From contig JAQTXC010000005.1 in NCBI GenBank assembly GCA_028689015.1, forward strand, positions 3,107-67,106: a stretch of 64,000 nucleotides of DNA. Direction: 5' to 3'. Made by a program: the position numbers and the translations under genes. Below are positions 33,300 through 41,869 of the stretch, piece by piece. The notes beneath the pieces were generated by a model. It worked only from the letters and a program-made list of their open reading frames with translations, was not told the origin of the DNA and searched no databases. The first letter of the stretch is position 1. Each line of letters begins with the position of its first letter. Origin of the DNA: Dechloromonas sp. Its GTDB lineage: Bacteria > Pseudomonadota > Gammaproteobacteria > Burkholderiales > Rhodocyclaceae.

Positions 33300-34832
33300 A
33301 TGCACCCGGATTATCTCGAAAAAGTCCTCAATGCCCAGGTTTACGATGTGGCGGTCGAAACGCCGCTCGACCTGGCCGGCAATCTTTCGGCCCGGGTTGG
33401 CAATCGCATTCTGCTCAAGCGCGAGGACATGCAGCCGGTCTTTTCATTCAAATTGCGCGGCGCCTACAACAAAATCGCCAGCCTGTCGGCCGACAAGCTC
33501 AAACGCGGCGTCATCTGCGCCTCGGCCGGCAACCACGCCCAGGGCGTCGCCCTGTCGGCCGCCAAGCTGGGCTGCCGGGCAGTCATCGTCATGCCGGAAT
33601 CGACACCGAACATCAAGGTCGACGCCGTGCGCCGGCGCGGCGGCGAAGTGGTGCTGGCCGGTTCGTCCTACGACGATGCCTATGCCAAAGCGCTGGAACT
33701 GGAAAAAGCCGAGAAACTGACCTTCGTCCATCCCTTCGACGATCCAGAGGTGATCGCCGGGCAAGGCACCATCGGGCTGGAAATCCTGCGCCAGCATTCG
33801 CGCCACAATGGCCCGATCGAGGCGGTATTCTGCGCCATTGGCGGTGGCGGCCTGGCAGCCGGGGTGGCCGCCTACATCAAGCGCCTGCGTCCGCAAATCA
33901 AGGTCATCGGCGTCGAAACCTTCGATGCCGATGCCATGAAACGCTCACTAGCCGCCGGCAAGCGGGTTCGCCTCGATCACGTCGGCCTCTTTGCCGACGG
34001 CACCGCCGTCAAGTTCGTCGGCGAGGAAACCTTCCGCCTGTGCCAGGAATATCTCGACGAAGTCATCCTGGTCGATACCGATGCAATCAGCGCCGCGATC
34101 AAGGATGTCTTTGAAGACACCCGTTCGATCCTCGAACCCTCCGGCGCCCTGGCCGTGGCCGGCGCCAAGGAATACGCTCGCCAGCACACGCTCAAGGACA
34201 AGAATCTGGTCGCCATCACCTCCGGCGCCAACATGAATTTCGACCGCCTGCGTTTTGTCTCCGAGCGCGCCGAGTTCGGCGAACAGCGCGAAGCCGTCTT
34301 CGCCGTCACCTTGCCCGAGAAACCCGGCGCTTACAAAAAATTCCTCGCCCTGATCGGCAACCGCAACGTCACCGAATTCAATTACCGCTATCACACCGCC
34401 AGCGAGGCGCATGTTTATGTCGGTGTGCAGGTGGTCGACCGCAAGGAATCGATCAAGCTGGTAGACAGCCTGCTCAAGCACGGCTACCCGACACTGGACC
34501 TGACCGAAGACGACCTGGCGCGCAACCACGTCCGCCACATGGTCGGCGGCCACGCCCCGGCTGTCTGCCAAAATGGCCTGCGCGAACTGATCTACCGCTT
34601 CGAATTTCCCGAACGGCCGGGTGCGCTGATGAATTTCCTCACCCAGATGAGCGGCGGCTGGAACATCAGCCTCTTCCATTACCGCAACCATGGCGCCGAT
34701 TACGGCCGGGTACTGGTCGGCATCCAGGTGCCGACCGACGACCTGGCCAGCTTCAGCGCCTTCCTCGACAAGCTGGGTTACACCTATTGGGACGAAAGCA
34801 GCAACCCGGTCTACAAACTTTTCCTGGGCTAA
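33300..34832 (+). CDS. ilvA: Threonine ammonia-lyase, biosynthetic
   Basis: FSFKLRGA (PLP Lys), SAGNHAQG, two C-terminal regulatory ACT-like repeats. Confidence 0.97.
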   Translation: MHPDYLEKVLNAQVYDVAVETPLDLAGNLSARVGNRILLKREDMQPVFSFKLRGAYNKIASLSADKLKRGVICASAGNHAQGVALSAAKLGCRAVIVMPESTPNIKVDAVRRRGGEVVLAGSSYDDAYAKALELEKAEKLTFVHPFDDPEVIAGQGTIGLEILRQHSRHNGPIEAVFCAIGGGGLAAGVAAYIKRLRPQIKVIGVETFDADAMKRSLAAGKRVRLDHVGLFADGTAVKFVGEETFRLCQEYLDEVILVDTDAISAAIKDVFEDTRSILEPSGALAVAGAKEYARQHTLKDKNLVAITSGANMNFDRLRFVSERAEFGEQREAVFAVTLPEKPGAYKKFLALIGNRNVTEFNYRYHTASEAHVYVGVQVVDRKESIKLVDSLLKHGYPTLDLTEDDLARNHVRHMVGGHAPAVCQNGLRELIYRFEFPERPGALMNFLTQMSGGWNISLFHYRNHGADYGRVLVGIQVPTDDLASFSAFLDKLGYTYWDESSNPVYKLFLG

Positions 34833-34847
34833 ATGCATTTTTTGCAT
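34833..34847 (+). promoter_or_regulatory. Candidate LysR-type (CysB/Cbl-like) binding site upstream of cysK
   Basis: ATGCA-TTTTT-TGCAT dyad containing T-N11-A, about 50 bp upstream of a TAGACT -10 with a weak -35. Confidence 0.4.
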
Positions 34848-34924
34848 AAGAAACTGAAAATTGATTCTTTTCTCAGCAAAGTCCGGCCTTTAGACTGCGC
34901 CTAAACTTACCGGGAGTCGTACCG

Positions 34925-35857
34925 ATGAAAATTGCTCAAAATGTCACCGAACTGGTTGGCAACACGCCACTGGTCAAGCTCAACCGTGTCACCACCGGCA
35001 CTGGCGCAACCGTCGTCGCCAAGCTGGAGTTCTTCAATCCTGGCCACAGCGTCAAGGATCGCATTGCCATCGCCATGCTCGATGCGGCACAAGCCGCCGG
35101 CCAGATTGGCCCGGACACGGTCGTCCTAGAACCAACGTCCGGCAACACCGGCATCGGCTTGGCCATGGTCTGCGCGGCACGCGGCATCAAGGCGGCTTTT
35201 GTCATGCCGGAAACCATGAGCCGCGAACGCAAGCTGTTGCTGAAAGCCTACGGCGCCGAGTTGATCCTGACGCCGGGCGGAGAAGGCATGGGCGGCGCGA
35301 TTGCCAAAGCCCAGGCGCTGGCCGAAGCCGACCCCAAATATTTCGTGCCTCAACAGTTTGAAAACCCGGCCAATCCGGCCGTCCACCGCAACACCACCGC
35401 CGAGGAAATCTGGTGCGACACCGACGGCCAGGTCGACATTTTCGTTGCCGGCGTCGGCACCGGCGGCACGGTCACCGGTGTCGGCGAAGTGCTCAAGGCA
35501 AGGAAACCCGGCGTACAGATCGTCGCCGTCGAACCCGATGCCTCGCCGGTGCTGTCCGGTGGCGCCAAGGGGCCGCACCCGATCCAGGGCATCGGTGCCG
35601 GTTTCGTGCCGGGCGTGCTCAATACCACCGTTTACGATGAGGTGATCCGCGTCAAGAACGACGACGCCTTCGCCACCGCCCGCCAGATGGCGACCGAAGA
35701 AGGCCTGCTGGTTGGCATTTCTTCCGGCGCCGCGACCTTCGCGGCACTCGAACTGGCCAAGCGTCCGGAAAATGCCGGCAAACTGATCGTTGTCATCATT
35801 CCGTCCTTCGGCGAACGTTATTTATCGACCGCGCTGTACCAGCATCTTGAGGTCTAA
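34925..35857 (+). CDS. cysK: Cysteine synthase A
   Basis: [38 protein letters not shown]. Confidence 0.97.
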   Translation: MKIAQNVTELVGNTPLVKLNRVTTGTGATVVAKLEFFNPGHSVKDRIAIAMLDAAQAAGQIGPDTVVLEPTSGNTGIGLAMVCAARGIKAAFVMPETMSRERKLLLKAYGAELILTPGGEGMGGAIAKAQALAEADPKYFVPQQFENPANPAVHRNTTAEEIWCDTDGQVDIFVAGVGTGGTVTGVGEVLKARKPGVQIVAVEPDASPVLSGGAKGPHPIQGIGAGFVPGVLNTTVYDEVIRVKNDDAFATARQMATEEGLLVGISSGAATFAALELAKRPENAGKLIVVIIPSFGERYLSTALYQHLEV

Positions 35858-35880
35858 GTCCGTGCGGCGCCCCCTCTAAA

Positions 35881-37044
35881 ATGGCGACGCAGGCCAACCC
35901 GGCGGCTGGCGATTTCGACCACATCGTCGATCGCCGAGCTTCCGAATCCATCAAGTGGGGCAAGTACGCCGGGCGCGATGTGCTGCCTCTCTGGGTCGCC
36001 GACATGGACTTCGCCGCGCCGCCGGCCGTGATTGATGCCCTGCAACAGCGCATCGCCCACGGGGTTTTTGGTTATGGCGAGGCGACGCCGTCGTTGAATC
36101 AGGCGGTCATCGACCATCTGCAGCGCGAGTACAACTGGACGATCGCCGCCGAATGGATCGTCTGGCTGCCCGGCTTGGTCAGCGGCCTCAACATTGCCTG
36201 CCGCAGCGTCGACGGTGCCGTCCTGACCGCGACCCCGATTTATCCGCCGTTCTTGTCTGCCCCGCGTTTTTCCGGTCGTCCCCTGCAGCAAGCGCCCCTG
36301 TCCCTGGGCGATGCCGGCTGGCAGTGGGACAAAAACGCCTTGCAAACAGCGTTGACCGCAGACACCGCCCTCTTCCTGCTCTGCCACCCGCATAACCCGG
36401 TCGGCCGCTGCTGGAAACGTGATGAACTACTTGATCTCGCCCACTTTGCCGAACAGAACGACCTGATTGTCTGTTCGGACGAAATTCACTGCGGCCTGAT
36501 CCTTGATGCTGACAAACGTCATACCCCCTTCGCCAGCCTGAACCCGGCCATCGCCCGCCGGACCATCACACTGATGGCACCGTCAAAAACCTTCAACATT
36601 CCCGGCCTGGGCTGCGCCTTCGCGGTCATCAGTGATCAGGCCCTGCGCCGGCGTTTCCGTCGCGCCATGGATGGCATCGTGCCGCACATCAATGTGCTCG
36701 GCCTGGCAGCTTGCGAAGCCGCCTACCGCGACGCCGAAGACTGGCACCGCGCGTTGATCACCTACTTGCGCGGCAATCGTGAGCGCGTGCTGGCCACGGT
36801 CAACAGCCAAGCGGGCGTTAAAATGGCGGCGGTCGAAGCCACTTATCTGGCCTGGATCGACGTCCGCGCCCTTGGGCTGGCAGAGCCGGCGGCACATTTC
36901 GAGGCACATGGCCTGGGTTTGTCCGATGGAGCGGATTTTGGCGCGCCAGGCTGGTTACGGCTCAATTTTGGCTGCCCCCGCCGCACGCTGGACGAAGCTC
37001 TGCAACGTTTTGTCGAGGCCTGCCAGAACGCCCCGGCGCAATAA
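35881..37044 (+). CDS. MalY/PatB-family PLP C-S lyase
   Basis: LWVADMDF, HNPVGR, SDEIH, APSKTFNIPGL. Confidence 0.92.
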   Translation: MATQANPAAGDFDHIVDRRASESIKWGKYAGRDVLPLWVADMDFAAPPAVIDALQQRIAHGVFGYGEATPSLNQAVIDHLQREYNWTIAAEWIVWLPGLVSGLNIACRSVDGAVLTATPIYPPFLSAPRFSGRPLQQAPLSLGDAGWQWDKNALQTALTADTALFLLCHPHNPVGRCWKRDELLDLAHFAEQNDLIVCSDEIHCGLILDADKRHTPFASLNPAIARRTITLMAPSKTFNIPGLGCAFAVISDQALRRRFRRAMDGIVPHINVLGLAACEAAYRDAEDWHRALITYLRGNRERVLATVNSQAGVKMAAVEATYLAWIDVRALGLAEPAAHFEAHGLGLSDGADFGAPGWLRLNFGCPRRTLDEALQRFVEACQNAPAQ

Positions 37045-37080
37045 ACAAGGTACGCCCGAACGTCCGTCAGACCGGCCTGA

Positions 37081-37665
37081 TCAGCCGGCACAGCGGACAG
37101 CCCCCGCCTCGGTGACCAGCCAGTCCAGCCGCTGATCGTGCGCCTCTGGCCGGATGCTGGGCAGACGATTGATCTCGAAGCCAACGCCGACGGCCAGCGG
37201 CCGTGGGGTCAACGCCGCCAGCGTCCGATCAAAATAACCACCGCCATAACCCAAGCGGTAACCCGCACCATCAAACCCATTGAGCGGCAACAAGATCATG
37301 TCCGGCCACAGCCAGTCTCCATCCACCGGCGTTGGAATGCCATAGCGGTCGGCCTGCAGTTCGCTACTGGCCGACCATTCCCGAAAAGCCAGCGGCTGTT
37401 CCGGCCTGACCACCACCGGTAGCGCGGCCCGCCGGCCTGCAACACACCAGCGATCGACCACTGCCCGCACATCCGCCTCCTGCTTGATCGGCCAGCATAG
37501 AGCCAACACCTGCGGCGGCGGCAACGCGGCCAGCAAATGCGCGACAATGCGCGCCGACCACGCCGCATGCGTCGCCGGGTCGAGCGCCTGCCGGCGCTGC
37601 TGCAATTCGCGCCGGATGGCTTGACGCCACGCCGTGTTATCCTCAATTCGCCCTGTCATCAGCAT
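37081..37665 (-). CDS. 5-formyltetrahydrofolate cyclo-ligase
   Basis: PLNGFD..GYRLGYGGGYFDRTL; exact start uncertain (37665 or 37659). Confidence 0.92.
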   Translation of the reverse strand: MLMTGRIEDNTAWRQAIRRELQQRRQALDPATHAAWSARIVAHLLAALPPPQVLALCWPIKQEADVRAVVDRWCVAGRRAALPVVVRPEQPLAFREWSASSELQADRYGIPTPVDGDWLWPDMILLPLNGFDGAGYRLGYGGGYFDRTLAALTPRPLAVGVGFEINRLPSIRPEAHDQRLDWLVTEAGAVRCAG

Positions 37666-37673
37666 AATCTAAC

Positions 37674-39611
37674 ATGAAGCTTCGCCTCCTCTTTGCCCTC
37701 CTCGTCGTCTCCATTGTCTGCCCGCTGCAGGCCGAGGAACGCGGTGATCGCGCCTTTCTCGCCACCCGCGACGCCCTGAAAAACGGCAAACTGGACCAAC
37801 TGGAACAGAATCTGAGTGCAACCGCCGGCCACCCGCTGGCAGCCTATGCCGAAAACTATCGGCTGCGCGCCCTGCTGGGGCGCAACGAACCAAGCGGCAT
37901 TCCCGATTTTCTGGCCGCCCATGACGGCAGTTACGTCGCTGAAAAACTGCGTGCTGACTGGTTGCGCTGGGCGGGCAAACGCGGCGCTTGGGATCTGATC
38001 CTGGCTGAATACCCCAAACTGCAGGCCGCTGAAACCGACCTGACCTGCTACCAGCAACAAGCCCGACTCAACCTGGGTGAAACCGTCGTGCTCGACGAAA
38101 TCGCCAGCCAGTGGCTGACCCTGCTTGAACCACCAGAAGCCTGCCAGCCCTTGCTGGCACATCTGGTGAACAGCCAACGCGTCAATCACGATGCCATCCT
38201 CACGCGGGCCCGCCGGCAGATTGAAGCCAACCGCGACAGTTGGGCCGCCCGCAGCCTCGCCTATTTGCCGGATTCCCTGGCCCCCAACAGCCAACGTTTT
38301 GCCCAGGCCACCAAGAGTGGCATGGCCTTTCTCGCCAAACAATCCGGCAACTGGTCGGCCAGCCGCGCCGAGCGCGAACTCACCCTCTACGCCATCCAGC
38401 AAGTGGCCGGCAGCGATCCTGGCATCGCCGCCGACCAACTGACCCAGCGTGAAAGCCGCCTGCAAGCCGACGAAAAGCACTGGGCCTGGAGCCAGATTGC
38501 CTTGCAAGCCGCTCGTCGCCATTTGCCTGAAACCATTGACTGGTATGGCAAAGCAGGCAATACCCCGCTCTCCGACGAGAACCGGCAATGGAAAGTCCGC
38601 GCAGCGCTCCGCGCCCTCGACTGGGCGCTGGTCCGACGCAGCATCGAAGACATGCCCGCCGAACTTGCCGCCCGTCCGGAATGGATTTACTGGCTAGGTC
38701 GAGCCTACAAAGCCGGCGGCCGGACTAGCCAGGCCGACGCGCTGTTTGGCCGGATCAGCCGACAAGCCAATTTTTACGGCAATCTGGCCGATGAAGAACT
38801 GGGGCTGACCATCACACCGCCCCCGCGGGCTCGTTCGATCAGCACGGAGGAGGCGCAGGCAGCGCGTGACGTGCCCGGACTGTCGCGGGCACTGACCTTC
38901 TTCCGCCTTGACCTGCGCCTTGAAGGCGTACGCGAGTGGAATTGGAGCTTGCGTGGCATGAACGATCGCCAGTTGCTGGCCGCCGCCGAACTGGCCCGAC
39001 AGCACCAGATCTGGGACCGGGCAATCAATACCGCCGACCGCACCCAGCATGAACACGACTATAGCCTGCGTTTTCTCGCACCTTACGGCGACCAGGTACG
39101 CCCGGCGGCCCGCGAACAATCGCTGGATGACGCCTGGGTCTATGGCCTGATGCGTCAGGAGAGCCGTTTTATCACCAGCGCCCGGTCGACCGTGGGCGCC
39201 TCCGGCTTGATGCAATTGATGCCCGCCACCGCCAAATGGGTCGCCAAGAAAATCGGCCTGCGCGATTACAGCCACAGCCGGGTCAATGACACCGAGATCA
39301 ACGTGCTGCTCGGCACCTCCTACATGCGTCTGGTTATGGAAAACCTCGACAACCATCCGGTACTCGCCTCTGCCGCTTACAACGCTGGCCCCGGCCGCGC
39401 CAAGCGCTGGCGCGCCGAGCGACCGCTGGAAGGTGCCATTTATGCCGAAACCATTCCATTTAGCGAAACCCGCGATTACGTCAAAAAAGTCATGAGCAAC
39501 GCGGTGTATTACTCGACCCTGTTCAACGGCAAGCCAGATTCCCTCAAGGCGCGCCTGGGCACAGTCGCTCCGACCAGCGGACAAGCGATGAAGGATGCCG
39601 ATCTTCCTTGA
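37674..39611 (+). CDS. slt: Soluble lytic murein transglycosylase
   Basis: Signal peptide, superhelical region, MRQESRF, GASGLMQLM, AAYNAGPG, ETRDYV. Confidence 0.93.
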   Translation: MKLRLLFALLVVSIVCPLQAEERGDRAFLATRDALKNGKLDQLEQNLSATAGHPLAAYAENYRLRALLGRNEPSGIPDFLAAHDGSYVAEKLRADWLRWAGKRGAWDLILAEYPKLQAAETDLTCYQQQARLNLGETVVLDEIASQWLTLLEPPEACQPLLAHLVNSQRVNHDAILTRARRQIEANRDSWAARSLAYLPDSLAPNSQRFAQATKSGMAFLAKQSGNWSASRAERELTLYAIQQVAGSDPGIAADQLTQRESRLQADEKHWAWSQIALQAARRHLPETIDWYGKAGNTPLSDENRQWKVRAALRALDWALVRRSIEDMPAELAARPEWIYWLGRAYKAGGRTSQADALFGRISRQANFYGNLADEELGLTITPPPRARSISTEEAQAARDVPGLSRALTFFRLDLRLEGVREWNWSLRGMNDRQLLAAAELARQHQIWDRAINTADRTQHEHDYSLRFLAPYGDQVRPAAREQSLDDAWVYGLMRQESRFITSARSTVGASGLMQLMPATAKWVAKKIGLRDYSHSRVNDTEINVLLGTSYMRLVMENLDNHPVLASAAYNAGPGRAKRWRAERPLEGAIYAETIPFSETRDYVKKVMSNAVYYSTLFNGKPDSLKARLGTVAPTSGQAMKDADLP

Positions 39612-39642
39612 TTCACACAGGCCACATACCACTTTCGTCATA

Positions 39643-39672
39643 TTGACAGAGCATAAATTAGCGGTCTAAGCT
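39643..39672 (+). promoter_or_regulatory. Putative promoter of the pilin cluster
   Basis: TTGACA-N18-TAAGCT upstream of the PilE-like gene. Confidence 0.4.
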
Positions 39673-39712
39673 CGCCTCTCTGGACGTATTATGCAAAACG
39701 AGAGGCAGTATC

Positions 39713-40138
39713 ATGGGCAACACATCGGCAAGCCGCCATGGCTTTACCCTCATTGAGTTACTCATCGTCATCGCGATCATCGGCATCCTGGCCGCCATCG
39801 CCATGCCAAGCTATACCAACTACATCCGCAAGCAGGAATTGCGTGCAGCAGAGAGTAGCTTGGCCTCGATGACCCTGGCCATGGAAAACCGCTACATGCA
39901 AAGCTTCAGCTATGCGGCGGCAACCACTACAACAGCCGACAGCCAGAGCACCCTGACTGGCTGGGCACCGTCCCAAAACAAGTTTGACTACATCATCCTG
40001 ACCAAGGATGACAGCGCCCGCACCTACACCTTGCAAGCCAGCGGAACCGGAACCATGGCGGGCTGCACCCTGAGCATCACGGAGTCGAATGTCCGTAGCG
40101 GCCCCGGCTGCTTCGGCTTCAGCAGTTGGAGCGAATAA
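39713..40138 (+). CDS. Type IV minor pilin, PilE-like
   Basis: Class III signal G|FTLIELLIVIAIIGILAAIAMPSY; C-terminal Cys pair. Confidence 0.9.
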   Translation: MGNTSASRHGFTLIELLIVIAIIGILAAIAMPSYTNYIRKQELRAAESSLASMTLAMENRYMQSFSYAAATTTTADSQSTLTGWAPSQNKFDYIILTKDDSARTYTLQASGTGTMAGCTLSITESNVRSGPGCFGFSSWSE

Positions 40139-40645
40139 ATGCCCCTCGTGCATGCGCAGCAACCGCGAGCCGATAGCGGCTTCACATTGATCGAGCAGAT
40201 GATCACCATCGCCATTCTGGCTCTGATCGCAGCAACCGGACTCCCCTTGACCAGCGCTTGGATTGATCAGTCAAAGGCTGGGCAGGCCGCTGCCCAGATC
40301 AGAAACGCCTACAACAAGAGCCGGGCATGGGCATTGCGCAGCAACGAAGCCTGGCTGTGCCTGAGCAACGGCAGCCTCTATGTTTTCGACCAGAAACCAA
40401 GTGCCTGCACTAGCACCGGCGCCCGCTGGCAGGCTGAACTGGCAGGCGGCAGTAGCACTCGCGTATTGCTCGGCGATGTCAGCAGTGACAGCAAAACCCA
40501 GCCAACGGACCTGTCTTGCCTGGCTTTCGACAACCGCGGTTGGCCCAAAACAGACAGCCTCGGCAGTACCGCCTGCGCCGACCGCAGCACGAGCACAATC
40601 ACTGTCGTCCGAGGGAGCGCCTATGTTTCCAGCAGCCTTTACTAA
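40139..40645 (+). CDS. FimT/GspH-like minor pilin
   Basis: G|FTLIEQM; FDNRGWP; four Cys. Confidence 0.8.
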   Translation: MPLVHAQQPRADSGFTLIEQMITIAILALIAATGLPLTSAWIDQSKAGQAAAQIRNAYNKSRAWALRSNEAWLCLSNGSLYVFDQKPSACTSTGARWQAELAGGSSTRVLLGDVSSDSKTQPTDLSCLAFDNRGWPKTDSLGSTACADRSTSTITVVRGSAYVSSSLY

Positions 40646-41108
40646 GCGAATTAATCACCCGCAAGCCGGCAACACGCTACTTGACGCCTTGATCGCCATG
40701 ATCATCACCGCCGTCATCGCTCTGGGCAGCATCCTGATCTCGGCCAAAGCCAGCGTCGCCCAGCGCCAAAGCTTTGCCCAGGAACAAGCCGCAGTGCAAC
40801 TACGTGCCTTGATGAACTCGGCCCCATCCGCCGCTGGTACCCCCCTGATTGATCAATGTGCCACCGGCGCCAAAACAATCCAGCAAACGATCACGATCAA
40901 AGGCACAAACCTGGCAGTCACCGTCAACTGCGAATCGATAGGTGAATCCCTGCTGGTGCAAAATAATGCGGGCGGCCAGCAAACGCTGGACCTGCCAGAG
41001 GATCTACCCGCCAAATACCAGCTCAGCATGTCCGTTACGTCCAGCGATTGGTTTGGCGAGGACGGCGCGATGAAGGTGGGTCACAGCACATCCACCAAAA
41101 CACCATGA
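40623..41108 (+). CDS. PilV-like minor pilin
   Basis: QAG|NTLLDALIAMIITAVIALG; start at ATG 40623. Confidence 0.7.
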   Translation: MFPAAFTKRINHPQAGNTLLDALIAMIITAVIALGSILISAKASVAQRQSFAQEQAAVQLRALMNSAPSAAGTPLIDQCATGAKTIQQTITIKGTNLAVTVNCESIGESLLVQNNAGGQQTLDLPEDLPAKYQLSMSVTSSDWFGEDGAMKVGHSTSTKTP

Positions 41109-41869
41109 ACCCGCTACGTTCATTACCGGGCACCCGGCAACAAGCCGGGGTGTCCTTGGTGTCACTGATGATCGGCCTGTTACTCGGCTTGATGTCGGTG
41201 CTGGCCGCAGTATCGCTTTTTCGCACCCAGACCCAGCAAGCCCGGACCAGCCAAAGCATGGCAAAAACCCTGGAAGCACAAACGCTGTCGCTGCAGGTCG
41301 CCGAACTCGAAATACAACGCGCTGGTTTTGGCCTTGAAGACAGCGATGGTCATGTCGCAGGCACACCCAATATTGACTTCGTCCTGCTCAGCGCCAGCCG
41401 CCCCGGCAGCACTCAAGGTAGCAGTGCACAGAGCCTGAGCGGCACCCGACAGACCATCTCAGCCACTGTCAGTTCAGGCAATGCCGTGCTCTGGCGCTGG
41501 CGTAATCCGGAGAACGGCGCCTATGTATGCGCGGGCTTGATTGGCTACGATGGCGGCCTGCAGGCGCTGACCGATACCGCCTGCACCCAAAGTAGCGATC
41601 TGGCCAGCCAGGCATGGCCAAGCACGGCCCTGCGCAGTATTGCCGCCAACACAACCCGCCTCAGCGTCGACTTTAAGGTGCAATCGGGAGATTGCAGTCC
41701 CTATGGTCACAGCAGCGCAAGCGCATCACTTTTTGTCACACTGACTGTCACGCCGGACGTCACGGCGACTGATTCACCCTGGAATTCCACTGACAGCAGC
41801 CAGCGAGAGAACAACCGGACCACTTTGGAAGCCAGCAGCAATTTTTGCCTGACGGGAATCCGCTCATGA
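41105..41869 (+). CDS. PilW-like minor pilin
   Basis: QAG|VSLVSLMIGLLLGL; EIQRAGFG; ATGA coupling at both ends. Confidence 0.75.
   Translation: MNPLRSLPGTRQQAGVSLVSLMIGLLLGLMSVLAAVSLFRTQTQQARTSQSMAKTLEAQTLSLQVAELEIQRAGFGLEDSDGHVAGTPNIDFVLLSASRPGSTQGSSAQSLSGTRQTISATVSSGNAVLWRWRNPENGAYVCAGLIGYDGGLQALTDTACTQSSDLASQAWPSTALRSIAANTTRLSVDFKVQSGDCSPYGHSSASASLFVTLTVTPDVTATDSPWNSTDSSQRENNRTTLEASSNFCLTGIRS

Noticed and set aside
37660-37680. 6S RNA expected upstream of the 5-formyl-THF cyclo-ligase gene
   Set aside because: Only about 8 bp separate it from the divergent slt gene; there is no room.
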